Virus record (IMG/VR): IMGVR_UViG_3300035212_003113
Span: 62,001 to 126,000 of that record
Length of the DNA: 64,000 nt
Direction: 5' to 3' (one strand)
The position numbers and the translations under genes were made by a program. This document shows positions 9,493 to 19,121 of the stretch, piece by piece (the first letter of the stretch is position 1; every line of letters begins with the position of its first letter). The notes under the pieces were generated by a model. It worked only from the letters and a program-made list of their open reading frames with translations. It ran no database searches and was not told the origin of the DNA.

Positions 9493-9761
9493 AGCTCGAC
9501 AGCATCCTGATGCGCGAGGCATTCGAGACTGAGGACTGGGAGGTTGCTGTGCGCGCTTTGCAGTCAGTATTTGGCATTGACCTTGATGCCTGCGTTCTCT
9601 CGGTTCACAGAGATGTTGACCACTGTCCCGAGATAGTAGCATGCACCAAGACGAACGAGTACTGCTGGAGTATGTACAGCGGCTTTAAAGAATATTTGCA
9701 CACAAATAACCAGCCTTTTTCTATTGCTGTCTACGCCAACATCAAACCTTGGAAATTCTAG
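9489..9761 (+). CDS. MKL-family small protein (group A)
   Basis: MKLDSILMREAFETEDWEVAV. Confidence 0.65.
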   Translation: MKLDSILMREAFETEDWEVAVRALQSVFGIDLDACVLSVHRDVDHCPEIVACTKTNEYCWSMYSGFKEYLHTNNQPFSIAVYANIKPWKF

Positions 9762-9768
9762 GAAGTTG

Positions 9769-9981
9769 ATGGAACCTTATTCCTGGGCTCATTCAATTGT
9801 AAAACAGATGACGGATCTACGTGCAGACGGTTCGCCATATGCTTTTGTCTACACGGTCTGTCCAGAGTGGACACAAATCCTGCGAGAGTTGCTTGCATCT
9901 TCAGGCATCGCTGAGGCGTGGATCCATTCTGATAATAGCTGCGTGATGGTACGTTTTCCAGAGAACGCTAAACACGCCTAG
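9769..9981 (+). CDS. hypothetical protein
   Basis: ORF from MEPYSW. Confidence 0.5.
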   Translation: MEPYSWAHSIVKQMTDLRADGSPYAFVYTVCPEWTQILRELLASSGIAEAWIHSDNSCVMVRFPENAKHA

Positions 9982-10012
9982 CCTAAAACCGGCGCAGCCG
10001 GACAAAGCGGAG
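9981..10012 (+). promoter_or_regulatory. degenerate CCTAAA element (copy 3)
   Basis: CCTAAA 9982-9987 + 13 GC-rich nt + GACAA instead of GATCC; followed by CGGAGTAGTT-ATG like other copies. Confidence 0.45.
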
Positions 10013-10017
10013 TAGTT

Positions 10018-10569
10018 ATGCGTGGTCTTTTCGTAATCTTGTCCTTGTTTATATCGACCGCTTCCTTGGCGAGCAAATACATAGAGGATGCCTACCTAGG
10101 TGGCTACTCTGTGCCGTTTATTGGCGAAGTAGTTGACAGCGACAGGAAAGGTGATTTCATCCTAATGGATGATGCCGCTGCTTCTTATATAGAGTTACGA
10201 AAAGCAGCCAAGGCAGCAGGCTTTAATCTAATTCTTAATTCTGCTTATCGCAGTACTGCTGATCAACATAGAATGATGCGACAGCGGCGGCGCTGGGCTG
10301 CGCAGGTAGGCTATAGCATGCATCAAAGCGGAAGAGCAGTTGACATTGCTGGAACCCGCGTGCGCTGTCGAGCTAAGCGTCGGAGACTTTGCAAAAGCGC
10401 ATTATTCGCGTGGTTACAGGAAAATGCACCGGCATACGGCTGGCATAATTCTGCACCAAAGGAACCGTGGCACTGGTTGTTCTCTGGCACAGATACACAA
10501 ACAGCACTAAAAGGCTATGGGCGCGCTTTATGGCGCGGTCCACCGGGACAGCCAAATTGCAGTCGCTAG
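10018..10569 (+). CDS. M15B (VanY-like) D-Ala-D-Ala carboxypeptidase with signal peptide
   Basis: SAYRS, SMHQSGRAVD, WLQENAPAYGW, EPWHW. Confidence 0.88.
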   Translation: MRGLFVILSLFISTASLASKYIEDAYLGGYSVPFIGEVVDSDRKGDFILMDDAAASYIELRKAAKAAGFNLILNSAYRSTADQHRMMRQRRRWAAQVGYSMHQSGRAVDIAGTRVRCRAKRRRLCKSALFAWLQENAPAYGWHNSAPKEPWHWLFSGTDTQTALKGYGRALWRGPPGQPNCSR

Positions 10570-10570
10570 A

Positions 10571-10606
10571 GGCGAACGGCCCTAAACCCGGTCTCGCCCG
10601 ATCCCG
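10571..10606 (+). promoter_or_regulatory. CCTAAA-N13-GATCC hairpin element, copy 4
   Basis: CCTAAA 10581-10586, GATCC 10600-10604. Confidence 0.78.
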
Positions 10607-10638
10607 TGCGGCGTTGGCGCCGCGCCAAAAGGAGAACT

Positions 10639-11040
10639 ATGTCGATTAGAAATTTTACTTTCGAGCATCCGATTGACGACGAGCTACAGCAGAGCGCTGC
10701 CGAGTCTCTAGCGCAACGCCTGACTGATAGGTGGAACCAGATTGATGAAGAGCTTGAGCACAAGTCTTGGCAAGCTCAAGACGACTACTATGCAGAGCGC
10801 GAGCAGGATTTTCTTGAAAGCATCCTGTCTGAGGCAGAGGATGATGAAGCAGGTCAGGCCGCAGTAAATGCCTATCTTGCGAGCAAGGCCCAGCGTGAGC
10901 TTTCTCTTCGTCTTGAGCAAGAGACTATCGAGGGCCAGTTGGCTCAGATTGGCGCGCGCATGATGCGCCCATACGAGCACTGGAACGAAGAGGAAGCATA
11001 CATAGAATATAACGAAAACCGATATTCCGAGAGGTACTGA
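10639..11040 (+). CDS. acidic hypothetical protein
   Basis: AAGGAG SD before ATG 10639. Confidence 0.7.
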   Translation: MSIRNFTFEHPIDDELQQSAAESLAQRLTDRWNQIDEELEHKSWQAQDDYYAEREQDFLESILSEAEDDEAGQAAVNAYLASKAQRELSLRLEQETIEGQLAQIGARMMRPYEHWNEEEAYIEYNENRYSERY

Positions 11041-11640
11041 ATGAGCTGTTATGAGTGGGAGCGGGGCACTATTCGCCTGCCTGCGCAAGACTATGTAGCA
11101 TTTCGCAAGAACATCATTGAGGCATGGAACTCTAGGCAACTAGATCTGCTGAACGCAGCAAGCACTTCTCTTCCCGTAATCCGGTCCGCTTGCGCTCGCA
11201 AGCGAGGCTGGGAGGCACAAGACATTGCGGAGAAGAACGCTGCTAATTACTGGAAAGATCCACATGAGTTGCTTGCTCTAATCATGAAGCGCGAGGGCGA
11301 TAAGCTGGTATTCTGCTCTCCCAAGAAGAAAGATATTGGGCTAAAGCCGATCTCCCGGGCATGTGTCCTGCATCTAGAAGATGCTAGCATCTCTTTTGTC
11401 GAGGAGGCGCGGTCAGTTACTTGGAGCGTACGGGAAAATAACCACGCCCGCGAACATGCTCGCGAACATCCGATTGCAAGGCGCTTCTTCGCACATCTGG
11501 AGCGTATCAACTGGGTCCGTGGCACAGGCGGGGTTATCGTTGGTAATGACGAATACAACAGGGACAATGAATGCGAAGGCGGGGGCGGTAACTACGTGAC
11601 CAGCAGATATGGTCCGCTGGGAAGCGCCTCGGCACGATAA
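11041..11640 (+). CDS. hypothetical phage protein
   Basis: 199-aa ORF; W.RGTGG.IVGNDEYNR motif. Confidence 0.7.
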   Translation: MSCYEWERGTIRLPAQDYVAFRKNIIEAWNSRQLDLLNAASTSLPVIRSACARKRGWEAQDIAEKNAANYWKDPHELLALIMKREGDKLVFCSPKKKDIGLKPISRACVLHLEDASISFVEEARSVTWSVRENNHAREHAREHPIARRFFAHLERINWVRGTGGVIVGNDEYNRDNECEGGGGNYVTSRYGPLGSASAR

Positions 11641-12170
11641 TGCCAGTGCGCTGGCTTGATATAGGATCTGGACGCAATCCGGTATATTTTTCACTGCCAG
11701 ATTCTTTAACGGTAAACAAGCGTGGACCACGGTCTAAGAATTGGTTTACGGCGTCGTATGATCCAGATCCTCATATTTGGTCATCCGCCTCGGACCTACG
11801 ACTACCTCCCTGTTCGGTAGAAAACATATTGTTTCATTTTTCAGTCGGCATGAATAGAGAATCAGTAATTGATCCAGATCAGCTTGCTGAAACACTCCTA
11901 CACGGTTATGACTGGCTACTGCCTGGCGGCAGCGTACTAATCAGATCTCTGTTCCACGGCAGGAAGCGCTTTGATCCAGTACCCTTCTTCCGCTGTCTGC
12001 TTGCAGCAGGATTTAACAGTAATGCCATAGACCTCATAAAGTGCAGCGATATCGAGCTACTCCCCGAAGCTGCTCGGCAAATACTAATGTATTGCGAACA
12101 CCACGACTTATCAATGGCAGATAGCCAGTCTGCTTTTTTAATTGCGACAAAGGATTACCATGAGCAATAA
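11640..12170 (+). CDS. class I SAM-dependent methyltransferase-like protein
   Basis: LDIGSG motif I; LLPGGSVLI. Confidence 0.55.
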   Translation: MPVRWLDIGSGRNPVYFSLPDSLTVNKRGPRSKNWFTASYDPDPHIWSSASDLRLPPCSVENILFHFSVGMNRESVIDPDQLAETLLHGYDWLLPGGSVLIRSLFHGRKRFDPVPFFRCLLAAGFNSNAIDLIKCSDIELLPEAARQILMYCEHHDLSMADSQSAFLIATKDYHEQ

Positions 12171-12441
12171 CACTCCTCGAATTGCGCTGCGATTTGTTAC
12201 CGACCTGCTGCGCTCGTTTTATTCTACTTTTTATTCGGCTGGTAGCGGTTGGTTCATTGTAACCGTAACAGTAACCGTATGCTTGTATTTTGCTTCATCG
12301 AGTGGCAGTCCTGCTCTCGCCAACGCATTCAACTTGATTGTACTGCCGTGGCAGATCGCCTTTCTTATCTATGTTGTTGGCGCGGCACGAAAATTCTTTT
12401 CTGAGCGTTGGGCCGCTGCCCGCCGCAGCATTAGTAAGTGA
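12160..12441 (+). CDS. membrane protein
   Basis: Two hydrophobic segments. Confidence 0.6.
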   Translation: MSNNTPRIALRFVTDLLRSFYSTFYSAGSGWFIVTVTVTVCLYFASSSGSPALANAFNLIVLPWQIAFLIYVVGAARKFFSERWAAARRSISK

Positions 12442-12701
12442 AGCTGTTTAAGTTGGCGGCACAAGGGGCCTTTGTTGCTGGCAACTATGATCTAGCAGTC
12501 CGCATCATATGCGATCAAATGGGGGCACGCCATCCAGAGGCTGCCCCTATGTTTTTTATAACATACGAAGCCCCGCGCATGTTAAAGATAGTGCTGGGCA
12601 AAGAGCGCCGCACATATTGCTTTGAAGCACGCAGCCTTGTATTAGAATGGTGGGAATGGGACGGCACTATCCATTCTTTCGATAGGATCTTAATAGAATG
12701 A
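12438..12701 (+). CDS. MKL-family small protein (group A)
   Basis: MKLFKLAAQGAFVAGNYDLAV. Confidence 0.65.
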   Translation: MKLFKLAAQGAFVAGNYDLAVRIICDQMGARHPEAAPMFFITYEAPRMLKIVLGKERRTYCFEARSLVLEWWEWDGTIHSFDRILIE

Positions 12702-13126
12702 ATAGCGGATTTATTCTGGCGCTGACAGCTGCCTTGCTTTGGGGCGCAAGCTATACTCTTTCTGCCAAAGTTCTAAAAGGCGTAGAGCCGCTAGTGATGC
12801 TGCCTATAGCCAGTGTATTCCGGTTGCTATGGTTCACTTGCTTATTTGCACTATTTGCCAGAGACAAAATATCCCAGCTCAGCATGAAGTCAGTGGGACT
12901 AATTGGAATTGAAACATTTTTTTCGACAGCCGCTACGTTAGCTATTATGACAGCAATAACCCGTATTGGTGCCAGTCGCGCTTCGCTACTGGAAATCAGT
13001 TATCCAATTTTTGTGGTAGTACTGTCTGCGCTATTCATGCGAACGCCTATTACTGCAAATATGCTGATCGGTGGATTGATAGTGCTACTGGGCGTCGCAA
13101 TTATCTCTGGAGACTCACATGTCTGA
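12698..13126 (+). CDS. EamA/DMT-family membrane protein
   Basis: LALTAALLWGASY, GASRASLL..SYPIFVVVLS; about 5 TM segments. Confidence 0.85.
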   Translation: MNSGFILALTAALLWGASYTLSAKVLKGVEPLVMLPIASVFRLLWFTCLFALFARDKISQLSMKSVGLIGIETFFSTAATLAIMTAITRIGASRASLLEISYPIFVVVLSALFMRTPITANMLIGGLIVLLGVAIISGDSHV

Positions 13127-13421
13127 TTCAGGTACAAAAGACGCAACAGCAAGCAAGAATCGCGTAGAAGAGCCGCGCCGGTTTAAAGTTATTATTCTCA
13201 ATGATGATTTCACGCCATACGAGTTCGTAGTGGATATCTTGAAATCAGTTTTCCGAAAAGACCAGCAAGCGGCAAACGCAATCACTCTGCAAATTCATGC
13301 TAGTGGTTTTGGCCTTGCCGGAGTCTATACGCGAGACATTGCAGAGACGAAAGCTGGCGTCGCCGTTGATCGTGCACAGGCCGCTGGACACCCGCTCATT
13401 GTTCAGGCTGTTCCAGAATAA
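13119..13421 (+). CDS. clpS: ATP-dependent Clp protease adaptor ClpS
   Basis: FKVIILNDDFTPYEFVVDIL, IHASG, YTRDIAETK, GHPL. Confidence 0.95.
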   Translation: MSDSGTKDATASKNRVEEPRRFKVIILNDDFTPYEFVVDILKSVFRKDQQAANAITLQIHASGFGLAGVYTRDIAETKAGVAVDRAQAAGHPLIVQAVPE

Positions 13422-13434
13422 TGTAAAGCCTTAT

Positions 13435-13812
13435 GTGAAACTAGGTCTAGCCAAACTTATCCTAGGGCTGGATGCCTACTCTATAGATGGAGTAGGCTGG
13501 GGAATTATTTTTGCAACGGCCGAGGACAGGCGCGTCAAGATATCTTTCCGCGAACATAACTACTCTATGCGCTCCATAGAATATTATAATGGTTCAGGCG
13601 ACGCAGACCGTGATGCTGCGAACGGCCCAGCCAAAATTTACTATGATGCAGACGGCTCTGTTCTAGGCGAAGAATATTGGCGCAGCTCCTACCTGCACAG
13701 GCCGGCTTGCGATGGCCCTGCCGTAACACTATATGGCACAGACTATAGGCGAGAAGAATATTGGGAGAACGGCTTGCAGCTGTTTTCAGAACCCCTTTAC
13801 TCTAGAATATGA
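13435..13812 (+). CDS. HRxDGPA-motif protein (MKL start)
   Basis: RDAANGPAK, LHRPACDGPAV, EEYWENG; GTG start. Confidence 0.7.
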   Translation: MKLGLAKLILGLDAYSIDGVGWGIIFATAEDRRVKISFREHNYSMRSIEYYNGSGDADRDAANGPAKIYYDADGSVLGEEYWRSSYLHRPACDGPAVTLYGTDYRREEYWENGLQLFSEPLYSRI

Positions 13813-13988
13813 AGGCAATTATGTCTGCTATTTTGTTTTTGGCATTTCTAATTTTGCTTCCCAGCTCGATTGCAGCAGCTTTTAATATCGGCGAGATAGT
13901 CTTTAAAGTCGTTTCGTATGTTATTGGTGGCGCGCTATTTGCAGGCGCCGTATTACTTTTGGCGGCTGGCCTTCTAGGTCAATGGTGA
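13809..13988 (+). CDS. small membrane protein (59 aa)
   Basis: MKAIMSAILFLAFLILLP...GALFAGAVLLLAAGLLGQW. Confidence 0.6.
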   Translation: MKAIMSAILFLAFLILLPSSIAAAFNIGEIVFKVVSYVIGGALFAGAVLLLAAGLLGQW

Positions 13989-13991
13989 AAC

Positions 13992-14468
13992 ATGGCACTA
14001 ATTGAAAGCGTAGCTGTTACCGAGCCCAAAAATCCCGAGTCGGGGCACTTCCACGTACGCATTTGCCTTGGCATTAGCGAAGACTATGCCAGCCAAGCCT
14101 TGCCCCGCTTAATGAAGTGGCATCAAGCTTCTTGCGTAGATGATCCTAAGAAATACGAAGAAGAGATGACTAGGTCCAAGGTGGAGTTCGTCCCGCTAGC
14201 TAACTCAAATTTTTTCGAAATGAAGTTTATCGGAGAAGCTACTCAGAAGATTAAGACGACCTGGATTAGTGGTCTTGATGCACTGCATATGGATGACAGC
14301 AAGCGTCATTTAATTTTTTCTGAATACATACGGGATACCGTAGTTACCAGGGCGATTGTACAGGAGCTGCATCTCATTTCAACTACACCCCAGAAAAACG
14401 AAAACCTCGACCATCTAGTCGGCTCTGTCGAGCCACTGCTGGTCTGCCTATATATGCACTGGGATTGA
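13992..14468 (+). CDS. hypothetical protein
   Basis: 158-aa ORF. Confidence 0.6.
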   Translation: MALIESVAVTEPKNPESGHFHVRICLGISEDYASQALPRLMKWHQASCVDDPKKYEEEMTRSKVEFVPLANSNFFEMKFIGEATQKIKTTWISGLDALHMDDSKRHLIFSEYIRDTVVTRAIVQELHLISTTPQKNENLDHLVGSVEPLLVCLYMHWD

Positions 14469-14473
14469 ATAAT

Positions 14474-14755
14474 ATGAAACTTGAGATCGTAGATGCAATG
14501 CTAGCATTGCAGGCGCAAGACGCCCCTGCCTTAGCAAGTCGCATATTTTATCATTTCGGAGTACTGCCACTCGAACTAAAAACAGTAATCAGAGGCATAG
14601 TTACGCCTAGAGCGGGTGTGATTGTCGTACCAGACAAGTTCATGTCGTATGCCTTTGGCGAGCTAGTCGGACCAAACAAAAAGCACTGGGGTTTTAGTTG
14701 CTGGTCTTTTAGTGTGACAGACCCGCATGACTATCCATATCTTCTATTTACTTAG
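14474..14755 (+). CDS. MKL-family small protein (group A)
   Basis: MKLEIVDAMLALQAQDAPAL. Confidence 0.65.
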   Translation: MKLEIVDAMLALQAQDAPALASRIFYHFGVLPLELKTVIRGIVTPRAGVIVVPDKFMSYAFGELVGPNKKHWGFSCWSFSVTDPHDYPYLLFT

Positions 14756-14757
14756 AT

Positions 14758-15042
14758 ATGAAAATAGATGCTTTTCTTGCAGAGCAGGCTCTGGCCGAAA
14801 GAAATTGGACAGAAGTCGGGGCTCTTATAATAGGTTACTTTAAACTGGGCGACGTCCCATTTGAAATCAAATGTGAGGTGCCGCGAGGCAAGAGCGCCTG
14901 CAAAGCTGTTCTTGTATTGGTCAAAGAACACCGCAGCTATTCTTTCCTTACGACTGATTTTAGCAACAACAGCCCTACCTTTTTCCCCTGGGACTGGAAT
15001 GAGCCTCTTTCCAGAGATAGCAATTACCTACTAATCGTATAA
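14758..15042 (+). CDS. MKL-family small protein (group A)
   Basis: MKIDAFLAEQALAERNWTEV; tandem with 14474. Confidence 0.65.
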   Translation: MKIDAFLAEQALAERNWTEVGALIIGYFKLGDVPFEIKCEVPRGKSACKAVLVLVKEHRSYSFLTTDFSNNSPTFFPWDWNEPLSRDSNYLLIV

Positions 15043-15051
15043 AGAAAATTC

Positions 15052-15747
15052 ATGAAACGCATTCTTAAGAAACTGCTAAGCATCGCCTCTGATCTCGACT
15101 CTATTGGCCTGGACAAAGAGGCCGACGCGCTAGACAGCGTAGTAAATCAGCTGGCCGCAGACGACAATGATCTCTTGCCAGGTAATCAAGAGATGGCGCA
15201 GGTTCAGGCGGCTTTTAACAAATACGTTAGTATGGCAGGCGGTACCTTTACGGTAGAAGGCAGATCTTTTGAGGATGCCGTTCCAGTAAATGGCAAAGCG
15301 GGAGATCGCACTACGTGGACCGCCATCCAAGTACAATTTCCTGAATGGTTTGAGGACAGAGATTTTACCAAGCCGGTAGCCTTTAAAAACTACAGGCAGC
15401 TACTAGCCCTGATCGAAAAAGAAATTGCGGCCCTTGATGAAAAAACAGCAGAGGCCCAAACTGCGTTCGAGGCGAAAGCTTCCGAGGTATTGGAAGCTTG
15501 GGACAGCCTTGTTTCAGAACTTTATGATCCAAAAGATCAGGACAAGTATCGCGTAAAAGATATCGCCGATCTACAGTCCAAGCTAAATGCTCTGCCCGCT
15601 CAACGCGGACCTGCCGATGAATTGCATGAAAACGTGGGAGAGCTTGCTGTCAAGCTGAACACTGCTCTTGAGAATAAAGATGTTGACTTACTAGAGCAGA
15701 TAAATGTGACCCTAGGCGGAATGGAACTAGTAACAGAAGAGGATTAA
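15052..15747 (+). CDS. acidic protein with shared N-terminal leader
   Basis: MKRILKKLLSIASDLDSIGLDKEADALD. Confidence 0.75.
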   Translation: MKRILKKLLSIASDLDSIGLDKEADALDSVVNQLAADDNDLLPGNQEMAQVQAAFNKYVSMAGGTFTVEGRSFEDAVPVNGKAGDRTTWTAIQVQFPEWFEDRDFTKPVAFKNYRQLLALIEKEIAALDEKTAEAQTAFEAKASEVLEAWDSLVSELYDPKDQDKYRVKDIADLQSKLNALPAQRGPADELHENVGELAVKLNTALENKDVDLLEQINVTLGGMELVTEED

Positions 15748-15748
15748 A

Positions 15749-15776
15749 GAAGGCGCTACGGCGCCTTCGCCATTTT
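15749..15776 (+). terminator. hairpin/possible terminator
   Basis: GAAGGCGC-TACG-GCGCCTTC followed by a displaced T run. Confidence 0.55.
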
Positions 15777-16085
15777 ATGAACGAACCCGCTACTTCTGCG
15801 ACTGCACTAGCAACTGTTGAAAAAAAGCAAAATGCGCTACAGCGATGGCAAAAGCGTAATCGAATGCGACGTGATAGCAGTATGGCTTCGGATTTTATTC
15901 ACTGGGCGCACAGTTATTCACTGGGCATAGACAAAGAAGTTGCGATGCGGGCTGCCATTAGAGCAGGACCAGACGATTACCTGGCTGCCTTTGCGGGCCT
16001 GCTGATTTTCCCATTTTTTGGATTACCGCTTAATATCATCAAGCTTATTAAAAAAATGCATTCCAGGCTTTACTACGGAGAGTAA
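15777..16085 (+). CDS. hypothetical membrane protein
   Basis: C-terminal hydrophobic segment. Confidence 0.55.
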   Translation: MNEPATSATALATVEKKQNALQRWQKRNRMRRDSSMASDFIHWAHSYSLGIDKEVAMRAAIRAGPDDYLAAFAGLLIFPFFGLPLNIIKLIKKMHSRLYYGE

Positions 16086-16103
16086 TTAAATCGTAAATAC
16101 TTG

Positions 16104-16535
16104 GTGAAACTCCAGGTAGCTGAGCTTTTATTTTGTGAAGACTTTTACCAAGTTTTGCTTTGGTTTGCAAAGTTTTACGAAATGAAGGTTCCGTCACCGG
16201 AGCATTTCTCAGAGATAATGTCTAATCCCGATATAATGACGATAGGCATATGGCTAGATTCTTGTGGTACGCTTGCTACTTTGAAATGGGATCGCCATAA
16301 TTACATAGCAGACTTTTTTCAGAAATGCGTAGAGCTGCCGCCTAGTGCCGAAAGTGCGGGTGAAATATTCGCCGCACTTGCAAAATATAAATACGGAATG
16401 CCACCTAGAATCACTCTTTGGACGACTACAACTATAACTACAAGCCTAGAGCTGAGCCTTGATCTCGCGCGCTTCCTAGAAGATCGCGGATTTTGCAGAG
16501 ACTTCTCAAACAACTGGGACTACTTTGGATCATGA
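16104..16535 (+). CDS. MKL-family protein, tandem paralog of 16532
   Basis: IMSNPDI, GIWLD, PRITLW, NWDY shared. Confidence 0.7.
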   Translation: MKLQVAELLFCEDFYQVLLWFAKFYEMKVPSPEHFSEIMSNPDIMTIGIWLDSCGTLATLKWDRHNYIADFFQKCVELPPSAESAGEIFAALAKYKYGMPPRITLWTTTTITTSLELSLDLARFLEDRGFCRDFSNNWDYFGS

Positions 16536-16954
16536 AGCTAAATGACCTAAGCGCGGCAATCGAGCTAAAGAATTGCCAAACAGGCCTAGACCTATGCGTT
16601 AAATGTGCAAATCTTTTTGGAATGCCGATGCCATCAAAAGAATGCATCAGCTGGATAATGTCTAATCCAGACATCCAAGAAGCAGGAATATGGATAGACT
16701 TGCCAGGAGACTCGTTTTGCCTTTATTTCAAGTATGAGCATTCAGCAGAGCCTCTTAACAAAACTCTGTCATTTTATACAAAGTTTGCTGGCCTTTGTCG
16801 CAAGGGTCGACCACACATTACCTTGTGGTCTAGTAAAGATGCAAACACTACATATCTAGATGATCGTGATTTTACAAGAGTAGATCGCACAAACTGGGAT
16901 TATGACGGCAGGGCAATTAATCATGCTCAAGCCTGTCATGGGCATAACAAATAA
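16532..16954 (+). CDS. MKL-family protein, tandem paralog of 16104
   Basis: IMSNPDI, GIWID, PHITLW, NWDY shared. Confidence 0.7.
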   Translation: MKLNDLSAAIELKNCQTGLDLCVKCANLFGMPMPSKECISWIMSNPDIQEAGIWIDLPGDSFCLYFKYEHSAEPLNKTLSFYTKFAGLCRKGRPHITLWSSKDANTTYLDDRDFTRVDRTNWDYDGRAINHAQACHGHNK

Positions 16955-17324
16955 GATAACCGGCATTGCGAGAGAGACGGCAAAGAGCGTTCGGCGATCT
17001 GCTGGCTGGAGCAAAGTAAGAAAAGCGCACCTTGCGGCCAATCCGCGCTGCGCTGCTTGCGGCACAAAACGCCTGCTTCAAGTCCATCATATTAAGCCTT
17101 TTAAAGAGCAGCCCGAGCTAGAACTTGATCCGGCAAATTTAATAACGCTATGCTTACTTAGAGACTGCCATGTTGATATTGGACATGGTGGCCATTATAA
17201 GTTTTACTGTTCCGATGTGCGCGTCATTTGTGCATCTATTGTAGGCGGTCATCTTAGCCTTAAGCAAGGCAAAGAATTGGCCAAAAATATGCGGCGGCTG
17301 AACGATGGCCTGCTCAATACATAG
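16938..17324 (+). CDS. HNH endonuclease
   Basis: W..VRKAHL..NPRCAACG, VHHIKP, NLITLC, CH; start uncertain. Confidence 0.85.
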   Translation: MGITNKITGIARETAKSVRRSAGWSKVRKAHLAANPRCAACGTKRLLQVHHIKPFKEQPELELDPANLITLCLLRDCHVDIGHGGHYKFYCSDVRVICASIVGGHLSLKQGKELAKNMRRLNDGLLNT

Positions 17325-17325
17325 T

Positions 17326-17361
17326 CCCCGCCGGGCCTAAAGCCGGGCTGGGCCGATCCTG
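17326..17361 (+). promoter_or_regulatory. CCTAAA-N13-GATCC hairpin element, copy 5
   Basis: CCTAAA 17336-17341, GATCC 17355-17359; 9 of 11 arm pairs. Confidence 0.8.
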
Positions 17362-17395
17362 AGGCGGGCACCACCCGCACCAGAAAGGACACCCG

Positions 17396-17731
17396 ATGAA
17401 TACCTGCGAGAACTGTGATGCCGAGTATGACCGTCGCTCCCGTGCCAAAAAGCCCGGTCGAGCCACCATCTGTGACGAGTGCGCAGAAGAAGAAAGCGAT
17501 GTGCAGCGTTACACCGGCTTTACCGTCTATGGTCACAAGTGCGGCGCTACACTTCAGATTAACGCAGACCCTAAGCTGACACAGTATCTTATTGCTGCTA
17601 CCAAGCTAAAAAACAAAGGTTCAAACATGAATGATAATGCCATTCAATGTTCAAAGTACCGCAGCAAGACAAGCGGCGCTTGCGTAGTTACAGCAGATGC
17701 AACTGATTACAAGAACCGCTCAGGCATCTAA
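17396..17731 (+). CDS. hypothetical Zn-ribbon protein
   Basis: CENC...CDEC; AAAGGA SD. Confidence 0.7.
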   Translation: MNTCENCDAEYDRRSRAKKPGRATICDECAEEESDVQRYTGFTVYGHKCGATLQINADPKLTQYLIAATKLKNKGSNMNDNAIQCSKYRSKTSGACVVTADATDYKNRSGI

Positions 17732-18147
17732 TGAAGCTGGAAGACGTATCGCTCAGGCTTGCAAACTCAGTAGAAGCAATAGACAGAATTCTTGTAGCTT
17801 CTCGAGAGCTTTATGGCAAACTACTGCCCGTAGACAGGCAGCGAGTAGCGAAGTACATAGTAGGTTGCAACCATCATAATGTCAAAATAGAGCGAGTACA
17901 ATTCCACGAGTCCTTCTACTGTAATCGCATATGGCCTGATCCAACCAAGTATATGCCAGATAGAGAATATATCTGGTCTATTCAGATAGTACTGATGACA
18001 AAAAAGAAAAAAGTACACTTGGTTTCGCTGCACTATCCTTATGACGCAGCAACAAATTCTTGCTTACCTGTGCAAGATTTGCAGCTCCTGAGACAACAGC
18101 GTGCTGCTGACTGGGTGCGTAAATGCGCCTCGCCAAGGCAGCCATGA
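17731..18147 (+). CDS. MKL-start hypothetical protein
   Basis: TAATG coupling. Confidence 0.6.
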   Translation: MKLEDVSLRLANSVEAIDRILVASRELYGKLLPVDRQRVAKYIVGCNHHNVKIERVQFHESFYCNRIWPDPTKYMPDREYIWSIQIVLMTKKKKVHLVSLHYPYDAATNSCLPVQDLQLLRQQRAADWVRKCASPRQP

Positions 18148-18455
18148 AGTTAACTTGGGCTACAGATGCCTGGTACGCATGGCAAGATGGCAATAAAGCG
18201 CTGCTGTCTTCTTTAGTTTTGCAAAATATTGGCAAGCCGCTTTCTGCTAGAATCCCTTCAGTAAAATGGGGTTACGAGTCAAGCGCAAATCTTGACCATA
18301 TCTTTACAATGATAATGCTATCAAATGCTTGGTCTGTGTTTCGTGGCGAAACGCTAATACGTAGCATAGCCTGGGAATTTGACAGAAACGCAGGTCCGCC
18401 TGGCGTAGTACCATCGGTTTTACCATATCGACAGTTTATCATAATTAAGAATTAA
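18144..18455 (+). CDS. MKL-start hypothetical protein
   Basis: MKLTWATDAWYAWQDGNKAL. Confidence 0.6.
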   Translation: MKLTWATDAWYAWQDGNKALLSSLVLQNIGKPLSARIPSVKWGYESSANLDHIFTMIMLSNAWSVFRGETLIRSIAWEFDRNAGPPGVVPSVLPYRQFIIIKN

Positions 18456-18457
18456 CC

Positions 18458-18817
18458 ATGAAGTTCAAAGTTGGCGACACAGTCGTGATCATTAGCTCTC
18501 CAGCTATGGGTTATTATTTGACGTGGGAATCAGACATGGATGACCACTGCGGATGTAGCGGCGAAGTTATAAGCCTAGATTGGATGGATGATTATCCTAT
18601 TTATGCTGTGCGCTCGTGTTCAAGGTCTGGCCAAGAGAAAAGCTGGTGGTATCAAGAGTCATGGCTAAGCGCTGATCAAGGCTATTATTGGGGTTCTCCG
18701 CTAACTCGAGATGAGTACCAACGTCGAGGATTGGACGAACTCCGCAGAGAAGAACAATCTCTTAAGGCAAAGCAAGATGCTATTTTTAAAAAGATTTTTG
18801 ATGTGGATGACTCCTGA
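18458..18817 (+). CDS. SH3-like hypothetical protein
   Basis: MKFKVGDTVVI; WWYQESWL. Confidence 0.6.
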   Translation: MKFKVGDTVVIISSPAMGYYLTWESDMDDHCGCSGEVISLDWMDDYPIYAVRSCSRSGQEKSWWYQESWLSADQGYYWGSPLTRDEYQRRGLDELRREEQSLKAKQDAIFKKIFDVDDS

Positions 18818-19121
18818 CTTGCCGTCTATGCTAGACTCTAGATTACATGTACAACGATACTGGTATTCTTTAAGCGTAGACGGCAAAGCCCGAGCTGCCT
18901 CGGAATCAGAGGTAGTTGCCTTAAGTGGAATGTCAGCTAAAAAGCTGTCTGGATTGCAGTGCCCTGTCACATCAATTATAAACGGTAAACTCACCCGTAT
19001 TAAGCGGTACCCTTACTACTTAGTACCGGTATATACCGGTATTTAAACTTTCCTTCCGGTTGCGGCGGCAATTTTAATATCCCCGAGACCTTTTTTCCCA
19101 GACAATTAACCTGGAGCAGCA

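Noticed and set aside
15022-15045. CTACTAAT as a late promoter
   Set aside because: Only two suggestive instances, both inside upstream coding sequence; insufficient to call
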